From: a virus
Taxonomy: Duplodnaviria; Caudoviricetes
Length of the DNA stretch: 47,084 nt
Strand: one strand, 5' to 3'
Virus record (IMG/VR): IMGVR_UViG_3300032883_000151
Coordinates: 1-47,084 of that record
Of the stretch, positions 9,984 through 19,637 are shown piece after piece. The first letter of the stretch is position 1. The number at the start of each line of letters is the position of its first letter. The notes below the pieces were generated by a model. It saw only the letters and a program-made list of their open reading frames with translations, was not told the DNA's origin and searched no databases. A program made the position numbers and the translations under genes.

Positions 9984-9985
9984 CC

Positions 9986-10240
9986 GTGCGACTGAAACCC
10001 AAGCTCACTGTCATCGATCCGGCGTTTGCCTATGACGAAGACGCCGGCGAACAGAAGAACGTGGCGCTGGCGCTATACGCCATCGCCAACTCCATCGTGT
10101 ACGCCACCGATAGGATCGCCGGCAACGCCAAGGACGAGACTGGCCTAGCCCAGCTCAATACCGCCGTCGGCGACATGGCCGTCGAGCTTGGTCGCGTCGC
10201 TGATGCCCTCGTCATGGACGACGAGGAAGACGGCGAATGA
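9986..10240 (+). CDS. Hypothetical protein
   Basis: GGAG RBS then GTG, tight operon packing. Confidence 0.6.
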   Translation: MRLKPKLTVIDPAFAYDEDAGEQKNVALALYAIANSIVYATDRIAGNAKDETGLAQLNTAVGDMAVELGRVADALVMDDEEDGE

Positions 10241-10524
10241 GGCCGCTGCCTGTCACCTACGTCCGCTCCAAGGGAGCCATGTCTACTCGGCAATTCGGCC
10301 CCAAGATGCACGGCCACATCACCGTGGGCGACCCGTGCATCGCTTGCGGCGAACCTTTGGCTGCTGGCGACTACACATGCCTAATACCACTCGGCCCAGG
10401 CAATGACGCAGAGGCTCAAGAGCGCGCCCGCGAGAGTCGCTACTACAACGCCGTCGCCATCGAGATCCACTGGTCGTGCGCGACCGGAGAACCAAACGAA
10501 GCTGTCGCACTGGAGACAACATGA
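10237..10524 (+). CDS. Hypothetical protein (CxxC..H..C)
   Basis: ATGA overlaps at both ends. Confidence 0.6.
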   Translation: MRPLPVTYVRSKGAMSTRQFGPKMHGHITVGDPCIACGEPLAAGDYTCLIPLGPGNDAEAQERARESRYYNAVAIEIHWSCATGEPNEAVALETT

Positions 10525-10865
10525 CCCAACGACGGACCCTCGAATCCGACCTCATGGAAGAGCTGCTCTCCCTGCCGCATGATGCTGCCGTCTCGCATCT
10601 TCGTAAGCGGCTCGACGAGTTCGCCGCGCAAATTCGTGAGACGGCCTCCCTCAAGCCGAAAGCCCCTGGCCTCATCGACCTGTACGCCGGCGCCGCCTTG
10701 CAGGGACTGCTCGCGAGTCGTGATGCTACCGCCACGGTCAACGAGCAGGCTCTAGTGCGCAGCGCCTTCAGTTACGCCGCCAAGATGATGACAGAGCGCG
10801 AGCGCGTAGTGCCAGAGCCAGGCAAGTACGATTACGCAGAGACGGCCTACGATTACGAAGAGTAG
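10521..10865 (+). CDS. Hypothetical phage protein
   Basis: DLYAGAALQGLLA..AFSYAAKMMTER motif common in phage proteins. Confidence 0.65.
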   Translation: MTQRRTLESDLMEELLSLPHDAAVSHLRKRLDEFAAQIRETASLKPKAPGLIDLYAGAALQGLLASRDATATVNEQALVRSAFSYAAKMMTERERVVPEPGKYDYAETAYDYEE

Positions 10866-10873
10866 GAGTCGTC

Positions 10874-11131
10874 ATGCCCAAGATTGTATGGACGCAAGAG
10901 ATTAGCTGCCAGGCTTACAAGCCGGCCCAGACTTACACGACGACGCTCCGTATCGTCGAGACCGACGACGAGGACTACATCCTTGAGGCGCGTGACGGCA
11001 CGGACGCGATGGGCAGCGATGTCTGGGTGCTAGCTCATAGGCATCCCATGTTGCCAACAGTCGAGATCGCCCAGCACCTGACCGACTGGATCGGCGTTGA
11101 GTCGAGCGTGGCCTTGCTCACGAAGAAGTAG
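10874..11131 (+). CDS. Hypothetical protein
   Basis: AGGAG RBS. Confidence 0.6.
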   Translation: MPKIVWTQEISCQAYKPAQTYTTTLRIVETDDEDYILEARDGTDAMGSDVWVLAHRHPMLPTVEIAQHLTDWIGVESSVALLTKK

Positions 11132-11137
11132 GCGCAC

Positions 11138-11602
11138 ATGACCGATCCGAAGGACAAACAAGCCGAGTTCGACTTTGCGGCGGCCATCGGTGCCAGGGAC
11201 GAAGGCATCGACAACTCCGAGATCGGCGCTGGCTACGACTGGATGCACAATGCGCTCATCGCCGTCCGGCGCGTGGCCCAGGCGCACTCCGAATTTACGA
11301 CCGACGACCTGTGGGTACACGTCGATCCGCCGCGTGAGCCTCGCGCCATGGGGGCCTGCATGCAGGCCGCCAGGAAGATGGGGCTCTGCGAGCCGACTGA
11401 CCGCACGCTCTGCTCGCATCGCGTTCGCTGCCATGCCAGGCCGCTTCGCATCTGGCGCTCGCTCATCTGCGGGACAACGGGCCGCCCCATTCCTGGCACG
11501 CCGCCAAAGCCTGCCAGGCAACCGAAAGCGGCCAAGCCGAAGGTGGAGAAGCCTCAGCCGCCCAAGGCAGAAGTCGATCCCGAGTTCGACATGGACTTGT
11601 GA
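11138..11602 (+). CDS. Hypothetical phage protein
   Basis: EFTTDDLW..PRAMGA..RIWRSL; operon position. Confidence 0.65.
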   Translation: MTDPKDKQAEFDFAAAIGARDEGIDNSEIGAGYDWMHNALIAVRRVAQAHSEFTTDDLWVHVDPPREPRAMGACMQAARKMGLCEPTDRTLCSHRVRCHARPLRIWRSLICGTTGRPIPGTPPKPARQPKAAKPKVEKPQPPKAEVDPEFDMDL

Positions 11603-11633
11603 TCCATGGCGCGACTTTAGACAAGGAGCACGC

Positions 11634-11819
11634 ATGAGCGACAAGCCCTGCCCTAACTGCGGCGCACCCATCTCCGACGGCGAAGGCGCCCACGAGCCAG
11701 AGCAGTGCATTCGACATCTGGCAGACACCGTGCGCGAGCTGCAAGACAAGCTGTTCGAGGTCGCCAGGACCGTCGGCTTTCTCAACCGCGACTCCTGGCG
11801 TTACCGCCCGATGAGGTAG
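11634..11819 (+). CDS. Small CxxC protein
   Basis: AAGGAG RBS, MSDKPCPNCG. Confidence 0.55.
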   Translation: MSDKPCPNCGAPISDGEGAHEPEQCIRHLADTVRELQDKLFEVARTVGFLNRDSWRYRPMR

Positions 11820-11821
11820 AC

Positions 11822-12382
11822 GTGGCCACCATTCGAGAACAAGTCACCGACTTTCACCTGGCGATGGGCGTGCCCGTCCTCGACAAGCCGAGCCTTCCGG
11901 CCGATGACCGCGTGCGTCTGCGCGCGAAGCTCATCATGGAGGAGGCGTTCGAGACCATCGAGGCGATGTTCGACGTTCCACCGGACAAAGATCACCCGTT
12001 CGAGCGGGCGCGCTACCAGACGAGTCTCGTGATCGACCATGTTCCCGTCAAAGTCGACATGGCCAGGTTCGCCGACGGCTGTGCCGACCTGGACTACGTG
12101 GTCGAAGGCGCCCGGCTGGAGTTCGGGATCGACGGCAAGCCCATCGCCGACGTTGTCCACGTCGCGAACATGAAGAAGGTGCCCGGCCACACGACGCGCG
12201 CGGACGGCAAGAAGCTCAAGCCGAAGGGGTGGGAGCCGCCGGACGTGGGCGGCGCCTTGGTGAGGCAGGGCTGGGACGAGAACATTTGCCACTGTGGCGA
12301 CTGGGGCACCTGGCCTGATCGCAGCAAGGACTGCGCGGCGAACTGCGGTAAGTGCGGCAAGTACCAGCCGAGGCCGCTGTGA
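11822..12382 (+). CDS. MazG-like nucleoside triphosphate pyrophosphohydrolase
   Basis: RLRAKLIMEEAFET..ADGCADLDYVVEG..VHVANMKK..DGKKLKPKGWEPPD. Confidence 0.8.
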   Translation: MATIREQVTDFHLAMGVPVLDKPSLPADDRVRLRAKLIMEEAFETIEAMFDVPPDKDHPFERARYQTSLVIDHVPVKVDMARFADGCADLDYVVEGARLEFGIDGKPIADVVHVANMKKVPGHTTRADGKKLKPKGWEPPDVGGALVRQGWDENICHCGDWGTWPDRSKDCAANCGKCGKYQPRPL

Positions 12383-14277
12383 GAATCTCCGGCATTCTGA
12401 TCAAGGGACTGAAGGCCATCGGCGAGGAGAAGTTCGCGCTCGGCCCTGTGACCCTGCTGTGCGGGCCGAACGGCTCCGGCAAGACGAGCGTCGTCGGCAG
12501 CGTCATTTACGCCCTGACGGGGCGTTTCCCGGGCGTCGTCGGCGACAACGTGGCCGACCTCATGGTCCTGGCCAACGACAAGACCAAGGGATTCGGCGTC
12601 ACCCTCGCCTGCGACGACAAGAAGAAGGTCAATCGGACTGTCGCGCTAGACGGCAACACCCTTGCCTTCGCTGACAGCGTGGCCGGGGTCCACGTCAAGG
12701 GCATGAAGAAGTCCGAGGCGTACCTGTTCAAGCACTTCGGCGACGTTGGGTTCTTCGCCAATGCCTTCGATCCTGAGAAGTCGCTCTTGCGCCTGTCGCC
12801 TGAGAAGCGCAAGGCGTGGGCGACCGACCTGTGCCGTGGCGCCAGCAGCATGACCATCGAGAAGCTCATCGAGGCCATCGGAGAGCCCGACGACGACTGG
12901 AACCCGCGGCTCCACTACGACCCGGCCACCTGCCTCGACATGAACCTCGGCAGGGCCTACGAGACACTCAAGTCCTCGCAGAAGGTCGCCAGAGAAGCAG
13001 GCGTCGTAGCCGAGGGCGTCGCCGCGCCGCCTGTCTCCTGGAGCGATCAGGAGATCGCCGCGGCCGAGCAGGCGCTTCGCGAGGCCCGCACAAAGTCGCT
13101 GCACCTGGGACAGACCGCCAGGCAGGCGGCCGACATTCGCGCCCGCAACGAGCGGCTAGCCTCCCAGAAGCAGCGTAGCCAGGCTGCCATCGACGCTACC
13201 CAGCAGAAGATCGATGCTATGCCGGTCCCTGGCGTTGGCTCGGACGCGAGCAAGCTCCAGGAAGACCTCACCTACTGCATGATGATCCACGAGGGGAGGC
13301 TCTCGGCCCTCATGGAAGCTCGCAGCCTGGTCGAGCTGGCCCGCACCAAGCTGACCGATCTGGAGAAAGCCGTCGCAGACTTCAAGGCCCACGGCGCGTG
13401 CCCCACTTGCGGCCAGGCTGCCGCATCCACGGGGCCAGCCATCCAGGCCGCGCTGGACATCTGGAAGGCTAAGTATTCCGAGTTCATCCCAAAGATGGAC
13501 ACGGCTCAGGCTGCCGTCGTGGCTTCCGAGCAGAAGCTTTCCGAGCTTCGCGCTGCCCTGACCGAAGCACACATCGCCGAGCGCGCCTACGAGGGCGCCA
13601 AGACCAACAGGGCGTCGCTGGAGCAGACCATCGAGACCATGAAGCGCGATCTCTCTTCGCTCCCAGCGCCAGAGCCAGAGCCGGATCTGACAGCTCTTAC
13701 TGCGGCTAGAGCAGAAGCCGACAGGATCGCCGACGAGCTGGACGCGAAGCTGCGCCAGATGATTCAGGAGATCACCCTGTCAGCCGAGCGCAAGGCCCAG
13801 TTCGAATCCCAGCAGATGGCCGACCGTCGCATCATCGAACTCAAGGCCAAGATTGCCGACATGCGCTCCGTTCGGGATCGGATGCTCCGAGAAGTCATCG
13901 CTCCTCTCGAACGGGCACTTGTGGATTTGGTTGCGCTGGCCCCGACAGGAACAGCCTGGGGACTTCGCGTGACCGATGAGCTAGATGTGGGCCTCCTGCG
14001 CGGAGGGACATTCGTGCCGGTAGAAGCCATGAGCGCTGGGGAGCGCTACCGGCTGACGGCCGCGCTGCTCATCGCTCGCGCACGCATCAGGCGCGAGCCG
14101 TGGGTCGGTCTGTTTTTGGACGGCTTCGAGCAGGTCTACCCCGTCGAGGAGCGCACCGCTTTCCTCAAGGCCATCTCGAAGGTCGCGGCCGATGGACTGG
14201 TCGACAACGTGTTCATCGCCGGTGCCATGCCGACGCCGGAGCCGGTCGAAGGCGTGACCATCATCGAGAGGGCGTGA
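12379..14277 (+). CDS. Rad50/SbcC-like ABC ATPase
   Basis: Walker A GPNGSGKT, coiled coils around CPTCG zinc hook, signature MSAGE, Walker B LFLDGFE. Confidence 0.88.
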   Translation: MRISGILIKGLKAIGEEKFALGPVTLLCGPNGSGKTSVVGSVIYALTGRFPGVVGDNVADLMVLANDKTKGFGVTLACDDKKKVNRTVALDGNTLAFADSVAGVHVKGMKKSEAYLFKHFGDVGFFANAFDPEKSLLRLSPEKRKAWATDLCRGASSMTIEKLIEAIGEPDDDWNPRLHYDPATCLDMNLGRAYETLKSSQKVAREAGVVAEGVAAPPVSWSDQEIAAAEQALREARTKSLHLGQTARQAADIRARNERLASQKQRSQAAIDATQQKIDAMPVPGVGSDASKLQEDLTYCMMIHEGRLSALMEARSLVELARTKLTDLEKAVADFKAHGACPTCGQAAASTGPAIQAALDIWKAKYSEFIPKMDTAQAAVVASEQKLSELRAALTEAHIAERAYEGAKTNRASLEQTIETMKRDLSSLPAPEPEPDLTALTAARAEADRIADELDAKLRQMIQEITLSAERKAQFESQQMADRRIIELKAKIADMRSVRDRMLREVIAPLERALVDLVALAPTGTAWGLRVTDELDVGLLRGGTFVPVEAMSAGERYRLTAALLIARARIRREPWVGLFLDGFEQVYPVEERTAFLKAISKVAADGLVDNVFIAGAMPTPEPVEGVTIIERA

Positions 14278-14280
14278 CGG

Positions 14281-14751
14281 ATGGCGTCGACCGATCCTCT
14301 GGTGGCCATCTTGAGCGATCCGAAGCAGGCACCGCTCACAGCCTACGACGACCGCTTCCGCAACAGGGTCGTCGCGATGCTCGAAGATGAGTCGCTCGTC
14401 TGCGAGCATGAGCTGAGCGACGAATGCTCGATTTGCGCGATGCGCTCGGAGCTTGCAGCCGAGTCGCTTCGTAAGCGACCGGACATTCACGCTCTTGTCA
14501 CGAGGCATTTGGAGGCGCTGTTCAAGAGGCACATGCAGGAGATGTGTGTGTGCGGGCACGGACGCTCCATGCACGGGTTCCGCGCGGGCACGGGTCATTG
14601 CATCGCGCACATCCAGGCGACCTGGGCACGCTCGCTCCCGTGCAACTGTACGAACTTCATTGAGTACACGCCGTCAACTCCGGTATTTGCGCGTTCGCCT
14701 TCTGATCCGTTCAGCGACGTCGACGACGAGCGCGTGGAGAGAGGCGAGTGA
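14281..14751 (+). CDS. Cys/His-rich hypothetical protein
   Basis: CEHELSDECSICAMR and CVCGH..H..C motifs. Confidence 0.6.
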   Translation: MASTDPLVAILSDPKQAPLTAYDDRFRNRVVAMLEDESLVCEHELSDECSICAMRSELAAESLRKRPDIHALVTRHLEALFKRHMQEMCVCGHGRSMHGFRAGTGHCIAHIQATWARSLPCNCTNFIEYTPSTPVFARSPSDPFSDVDDERVERGE

Positions 14752-15188
14752 AAGAGCGGCGCCAATTCGGCTACGGCATCTTCGATGGCGCCATGCTGGA
14801 CGGCTTCAACGATGACTGTCCCGACGAGGACGCCGATTGTGGCGGCGTCTTTGGCAACACGAGCAAAGACCCTGGGTCGCCCTCGCGGTTCCCTAGGTAC
14901 GTCCAGGATCTCACGGCCAAGCTGTCGGAGACATCTCGCCTGCTGGAGATGGAGCGCGTCACCCACAGCGTCACCGCAGACGAGGCACGCTCTCTGCGTA
15001 ACCGCCTATCCATGGTGCAGAAAACGGCTCTCATGGAGATGGTCGAGCGCCTCGTCAACGAAGCTGGCCAAGACTGCGCGCACCCCGAGGGGGCCGCCAT
15101 CGCCTGCGTCTGGTGCGACGCAAGAGCAACCCTGGCCGCTGCCGCCCTCGGCGCTGCCCATGAGCCTGAGCCCAAGGAGGGGACGTGA
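14748..15188 (+). CDS. Hypothetical protein with CxH..CxxC motif
   Basis: GTGA overlap; CAHPEGAAIACVWCDAR. Confidence 0.6.
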   Translation: MKERRQFGYGIFDGAMLDGFNDDCPDEDADCGGVFGNTSKDPGSPSRFPRYVQDLTAKLSETSRLLEMERVTHSVTADEARSLRNRLSMVQKTALMEMVERLVNEAGQDCAHPEGAAIACVWCDARATLAAAALGAAHEPEPKEGT

Positions 15189-15949
15189 GCGACGATCTCA
15201 TTATCGAGGAGCCGAAAGAGCCTGTCATCTATCGCGTCGTCGACTCTGCCGACCTGGAGTCGTTCACGCGCCAGGGCTGGATTCTGTGCCGTGTACTGCA
15301 AGAGGACATCGTCGTATGGACGCAGTGGACAGCGCCGCAGGCGCCGAGCGCCACCTACAACATGGGCTCGACGACCAACACGCCCGTCGTCACCAAGGCC
15401 CATCGCTTTCTCATGCGTCTAGGCAAGGACGAATCCATCGCCAAGATCGAAGGCGAGAAGCGCCAGCTCGTCGACAAGCTCAACTTGTCCAGGGCGGAAA
15501 CCTACGAGGCACAGACCAAGATCCGTAACCTAGAGAATCAGGTCAGCCTCGCCGGCCGGCAGTTCAAGAACGAGGAATCCGCGCACGCGATGACGCGCGA
15601 CGAGCTGGACCGCACGGAGAAGAAGTGGAGGGCGGCGGTCAAATCCGGCCGCAAGAACGTGCTCCTCAAAAAGCTTCAGGAGCTGATGGAACTGCACGGT
15701 GAGTGCGGTCACGGGCCCGCGGTAGCCATCGGGGACGTTGTGTCGGTCGGCGACGCCGTCACCATTGCCGAGCAGGCAACTGACTGCCCATGGTGCGACG
15801 CTCGCGGTCTGCTCGCAGCCGTCGGACTTGGGCTGTCCACCGAGATCGCCTGCGCCTGTGGACACGAGGAGCGGTTCCACGGGCCAGCCAGTACCCTGCC
15901 GCCACACCTGACCCACTGCACCAAATGCGGGAAGGATTGCGAGGCATGA
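15185..15949 (+). CDS. Coiled-coil, Cys-rich hypothetical protein
   Basis: AAGGAG RBS, GTGA overlap. Confidence 0.65.
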   Translation: MSDDLIIEEPKEPVIYRVVDSADLESFTRQGWILCRVLQEDIVVWTQWTAPQAPSATYNMGSTTNTPVVTKAHRFLMRLGKDESIAKIEGEKRQLVDKLNLSRAETYEAQTKIRNLENQVSLAGRQFKNEESAHAMTRDELDRTEKKWRAAVKSGRKNVLLKKLQELMELHGECGHGPAVAIGDVVSVGDAVTIAEQATDCPWCDARGLLAAVGLGLSTEIACACGHEERFHGPASTLPPHLTHCTKCGKDCEA

Positions 15950-16119
15950 GCAAGACGACCGGCGAGATCCTCGCCGAGATTCGCAACCTGGACTACGGCT
16001 ACTGCAACCCAATGAAGGTCAAGATGGCCGACGAGGACGAACACGACCTGCGTGCCCAGCTTCACGAACGCGGACTGTCCGACTCCGAGATCGACCGTCT
16101 TGTAGGCGACGCGGACTGA
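15946..16119 (+). CDS. Small hypothetical protein
   Basis: ATGA overlap. Confidence 0.5.
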   Translation: MSKTTGEILAEIRNLDYGYCNPMKVKMADEDEHDLRAQLHERGLSDSEIDRLVGDAD

Positions 16120-16120
16120 C

Positions 16121-16387
16121 ATGGCCAAGCTTCGCACCCTCCTGTCGCGCGCGACTACGCCGGTAGAGTCCTACGCCCCGTTCGTGGCCGACATCAAGGT
16201 CGCGCCAGAAGAGCGCAGCCTTCATGCAGAGGATCCAAGAGAGCGCAACCGTGCGGCCCACGGCATCCCGTATTGGACCGCTCGCGTCACCTTCGGCGAC
16301 GGCTGGATCGAGGGCTACGGGGACAACGACTGCGAGGCGGTCGCGCGAGTCAAACAAGTGCTACGCAAGCTCGATCAGGAGCGATGA
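16121..16387 (+). CDS. Hypothetical protein
   Basis: Operon packing. Confidence 0.55.
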   Translation: MAKLRTLLSRATTPVESYAPFVADIKVAPEERSLHAEDPRERNRAAHGIPYWTARVTFGDGWIEGYGDNDCEAVARVKQVLRKLDQER

Positions 16388-16764
16388 TGACGAAGGCAAA
16401 GCTCAAGCTGGCGCGCAAGCCGAAGAAGGCTGCCGCCAAGACTGTCGCCCAGAAGATCGCGGCCAAGCTGCCGAAGATCGAGATCAACTGGCCCTACGCC
16501 CAGGAGAAGATCAAGGAAGCCGTGCAGGAAGCCCTGGCACCCTACGCGGTGGGCATCACCGTGGCGCTCCAGAACGCCAGCTCGCCGCGCTGCCCACGGT
16601 GCCGCAAGCCGCAGACTGACATGAGCAAGATCGAATGGATCATGGACGCGGCTCCCAAGATCACCTGTGACTGCGGCTACGCCGGCTCGACGCATCCTGA
16701 CGAGGACGCGATGCGCGATCTGATGGAGCGGCTCAGCTCGGTCTTTCACACGAGGAGTAAGTAA
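16384..16764 (+). CDS. Zn-ribbon-like hypothetical protein
   Basis: CPRC..CDCG; AGGAG RBS. Confidence 0.6.
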   Translation: MMTKAKLKLARKPKKAAAKTVAQKIAAKLPKIEINWPYAQEKIKEAVQEALAPYAVGITVALQNASSPRCPRCRKPQTDMSKIEWIMDAAPKITCDCGYAGSTHPDEDAMRDLMERLSSVFHTRSK

Positions 16765-17075
16765 TGCCCCAATGGCATCCGGGCTATGGCGGCGACTGGA
16801 GAGAATCCCTGCGGCGAGATTCCTACTCCAGCATCAGCATGGCCAGCAGCCCTAGCTACACGGCTGAGCGCGACATGCTCAACGAGATCCTGGCCGACAC
16901 GTCGGTACAGTGCTCGCATCCAGAAGGCGACGAGTGCGCCCTGTGCCGAGCTAGAGCATCAAAGGCCGCCGATGCGCTACGTCCCACAAGCGGGGCACCG
17001 GACATCGGTGCCGTTGGGCTTGCTGTCGGCGCTGCCGTTGCGGGCGCTGCGCTGTACCTACAAAAAGGAAAGTAA
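16764..17075 (+). CDS. Hypothetical protein with C-terminal TM segment
   Basis: CSHPEGDECALCRAR; IGAVGLAVGAAVAGAALYLQK. Confidence 0.6.
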   Translation: MPQWHPGYGGDWRESLRRDSYSSISMASSPSYTAERDMLNEILADTSVQCSHPEGDECALCRARASKAADALRPTSGAPDIGAVGLAVGAAVAGAALYLQKGK

Positions 17076-17527
17076 TGGCTACCACCACGCGAGACATGAC
17101 ACGTAAAGACGTCGAGGCCGTGCTGGCCGAAAACGGATTCCATGCCACCAAGGGCGCCAACCACGTCTGGATCGACGACTCGGGTTCTCGCTTCGTGCGC
17201 TTCCCAGAAGATGGAGACGACGGGTTTGCCATCTACGGCGACTCCGAGCGCGAGGAAGCTGGCATCCAGCTCAGCTACAACAAGGCCATCTCGGTCCTCG
17301 CCGGAGTGCTCACGCCAAGGGCCGCAGAGCGAGCCGGGTTTCGCATGAGCGACGGCGTATTGGCCAGGCAGATGCCACATGGCAGGCCGCGTGGCTCTGC
17401 TCGCATCGGCGCATCTGACGAGACGCCGAAGGCTCTTCCGGCTCACAAGGCCAAGAAGCATCCGGCCGTCGCCAAGGTGCAGGCCAAGAAGAAAGCAGCC
17501 AAATCGAAGGCCAAAAAGAAGAAGTAG
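17075..17527 (+). CDS. Hypothetical protein with Lys/Ala-rich basic tail
   Basis: TAATG overlap; AKKKAAKSKAKKKK tail. Confidence 0.65.
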   Translation: MATTTRDMTRKDVEAVLAENGFHATKGANHVWIDDSGSRFVRFPEDGDDGFAIYGDSEREEAGIQLSYNKAISVLAGVLTPRAAERAGFRMSDGVLARQMPHGRPRGSARIGASDETPKALPAHKAKKHPAVAKVQAKKKAAKSKAKKKK

Positions 17528-17592
17528 TTGCCAGCCTAGCGACCGGACTTAGGTTGGCTCTCACCGCCCTGGCAGGCGCAACAGGAGATTCC

Positions 17593-18123
17593 ATGAACGA
17601 CAGCATCAGCACAGATCCCAGGCTTCTCGCAGAAGCTCGCAACGCATCGCACGCCAAGCCGCAGCCGTCGCTGCCCAAGGTCGACTTCGACCCTCGCGCC
17701 ATCATGCGCGATGCGTTCGACCGCATCGTCGACAAGAGGTATTTCCCGTCGACCTTCGAGTCGGTGTGGAAGACGGTCGTGAACAACGCGCGCCAGCCCG
17801 ATCAGCAGACGCCCGTGATCGGAGCCTTCACCGAAGACGAGTTTCGGCAGATCGCCGAGTCCTACGCCTACCACCTTCACGGGATGGCGCTGAACTCTGC
17901 GTCACAGAACGCCCGCGACCGATCCGACACGCTCAAGAAGGCGACGCTCTACAAGACCGAGGACAGGTACGACGCTACCGCGCGCAACACGTCCATCGAC
18001 CTGGCTCACGGCGTTCTCCGCGAAGGAATCGTCGAGTCCGAGATGCAGGGCATCGCCATTCCCGTCCCGCAGGAGCTGGCCGACATGCTCGGCTCTCTGC
18101 TCGGCGGCCTAGCCAAGAAGTGA
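17593..18123 (+). CDS. Hypothetical protein
   Basis: AGGAG RBS before ATG 17593. Confidence 0.65.
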   Translation: MNDSISTDPRLLAEARNASHAKPQPSLPKVDFDPRAIMRDAFDRIVDKRYFPSTFESVWKTVVNNARQPDQQTPVIGAFTEDEFRQIAESYAYHLHGMALNSASQNARDRSDTLKKATLYKTEDRYDATARNTSIDLAHGVLREGIVESEMQGIAIPVPQELADMLGSLLGGLAKK

Positions 18124-18126
18124 CCC

Positions 18127-18429
18127 ATGATCAAACCGATCCGAGACAAAGTGCTCATCAAGCCAGTCCGTGATGACGGCAAGCACACCAGCACGGCGCT
18201 TCACGTTTCTGGCATGGCCGACGACATGCTGCGAGGCGAGGTCATCGACGTCGGCACCGGCCACCTTGCGACTGACGGCACACCCGTCAAACTGGCGATC
18301 ACACCAGGAGAGGTCGTCCTGTACCGCAAAGGCACTGGCGTCGCGTTCAAGTCCTACCGCAAGGATTTGGTGATGCTGCGTGAGGCCGAAATCTACGGAA
18401 CTGAGCTACCAGACGAGCCCGCATCATGA
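18127..18429 (+). CDS. groES: Co-chaperonin GroES-like
   Basis: IKPIRDKVLIKP..GEVIDVGTG..G..VLY..LVMLREAEIYG. Confidence 0.85.
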   Translation: MIKPIRDKVLIKPVRDDGKHTSTALHVSGMADDMLRGEVIDVGTGHLATDGTPVKLAITPGEVVLYRKGTGVAFKSYRKDLVMLREAEIYGTELPDEPAS

Positions 18430-18680
18430 CCGACGACGACAGGAAGATTGGCACCCTCATGATGTGCGTGATCGATGCCGCCACCAAGGCCAGCGACGAG
18501 ATGGGCATCGGCGAGCACCCGGAGCTGACAAAGGCCACGCTGTCCGCTCTGCTGAGCTGGGCTGCGAATATGGCCAAGGAGAGCGGCATCTCCAAAAAGG
18601 AGTTCAAGAACACCGTCAAGGGGCTGATCGATGCCGCCTACTGCACGCCGAAAGCGCCGAGTCCGCAAGAACCGAACTGA
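18426..18680 (+). CDS. Hypothetical protein
   Basis: ATGA overlap. Confidence 0.55.
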   Translation: MTDDDRKIGTLMMCVIDAATKASDEMGIGEHPELTKATLSALLSWAANMAKESGISKKEFKNTVKGLIDAAYCTPKAPSPQEPN

Positions 18681-19188
18681 CTGGATTCCGGCGGACCATC
18701 CAAACGTACTGACCGAGAGTGGCAGGATCATTGGTCTTGCCTGCGCCAAGGCCGAGTGTCGACTGTTCAAGTCGCGCCGCTTTCGTGCAGGCAGCGGTCA
18801 TGCTGTTCTGCTCGGCGCCGGCGGGTGTTTGTCGTTTCCGGAGCACACCAAGGCAGAGCTGAAGGCGCTCAGGACTGCCTACGCCCTTGGTGCCAAGCCG
18901 CAGTGCAGGTGCATCGAGATACTAGCGCTCTGGCGCAGCCGGATGCAGGGCCGTAGCGAGCGCGTCGCGAGGTACTGGCACGCTACTGCACCGAGCTTGC
19001 CTCGACCGCTTCCTGGAATGTCTGACGCCATCGGCGTTGCGTTCCACATCTCGCAAGTGCGTCGGCTGGAGCGTGTAATCACATGGCCGACGCCGACTAG
19101 AGACGATTTGCGTCGGCGGCTCTCCTACTGGAAAGCTGGACGCAAGAGCCAGATGCTGCGCGATCCGGACGTGGCGCTGTCGGCCTAG
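18631..19188 (+). CDS. Hypothetical protein (start uncertain)
   Basis: Only long ORF filling the gap on the operon strand. Confidence 0.4.
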   Translation: MPPTARRKRRVRKNRTDWIPADHPNVLTESGRIIGLACAKAECRLFKSRRFRAGSGHAVLLGAGGCLSFPEHTKAELKALRTAYALGAKPQCRCIEILALWRSRMQGRSERVARYWHATAPSLPRPLPGMSDAIGVAFHISQVRRLERVITWPTPTRDDLRRRLSYWKAGRKSQMLRDPDVALSA

Positions 19189-19195
19189 ATCGCTC

Positions 19196-19606
19196 TTACG
19201 CTGGGACGACAGTGACGGTGGCTGACCAGTCTCGATCTGTCGGCGAGGTACCGGTCGAAGTCCCGGCAATGCCGGAAATCACCGCCGTCCCAGGCTTGAC
19301 AGCAATGAAGGCATCCATGCCGACCTGGTTGACGACTGTGGCGTTTGTCGTCAGTGGTCCGACCTTCCAATAGTCGAGAGGCGGCTGGTCCATGGTCAGA
19401 CTTGCCCCCACGGGGACGGTGATAGTCATTCCATTCGTGACGTGAAGAGCTGTGGATGAAGACCATGTAGGCACCGTGGGCGCCATGGCCGCAGGGGCGG
19501 CTGAGGCGGCTGACTTCTTTGATAGCACCAGGTACGCCACGACTCCGACGCCAGCAGCCGCCGCGATCCACATCCACGTATCCGGATTGCTCTTGTACCG
19601 TGCCAT
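19196..19606 (-). CDS. Membrane-anchored hypothetical protein
   Basis: MARYKSNP then TM WMWIAAAAGVGVVAYLVL-SKK; beta-rich C-terminus. Confidence 0.6.
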   Translation of the reverse strand: MARYKSNPDTWMWIAAAAGVGVVAYLVLSKKSAASAAPAAMAPTVPTWSSSTALHVTNGMTITVPVGASLTMDQPPLDYWKVGPLTTNATVVNQVGMDAFIAVKPGTAVISGIAGTSTGTSPTDRDWSATVTVVPA

Positions 19607-19637
19607 ACGGCCAGACTACGGAGAACGGCTTTACGCG

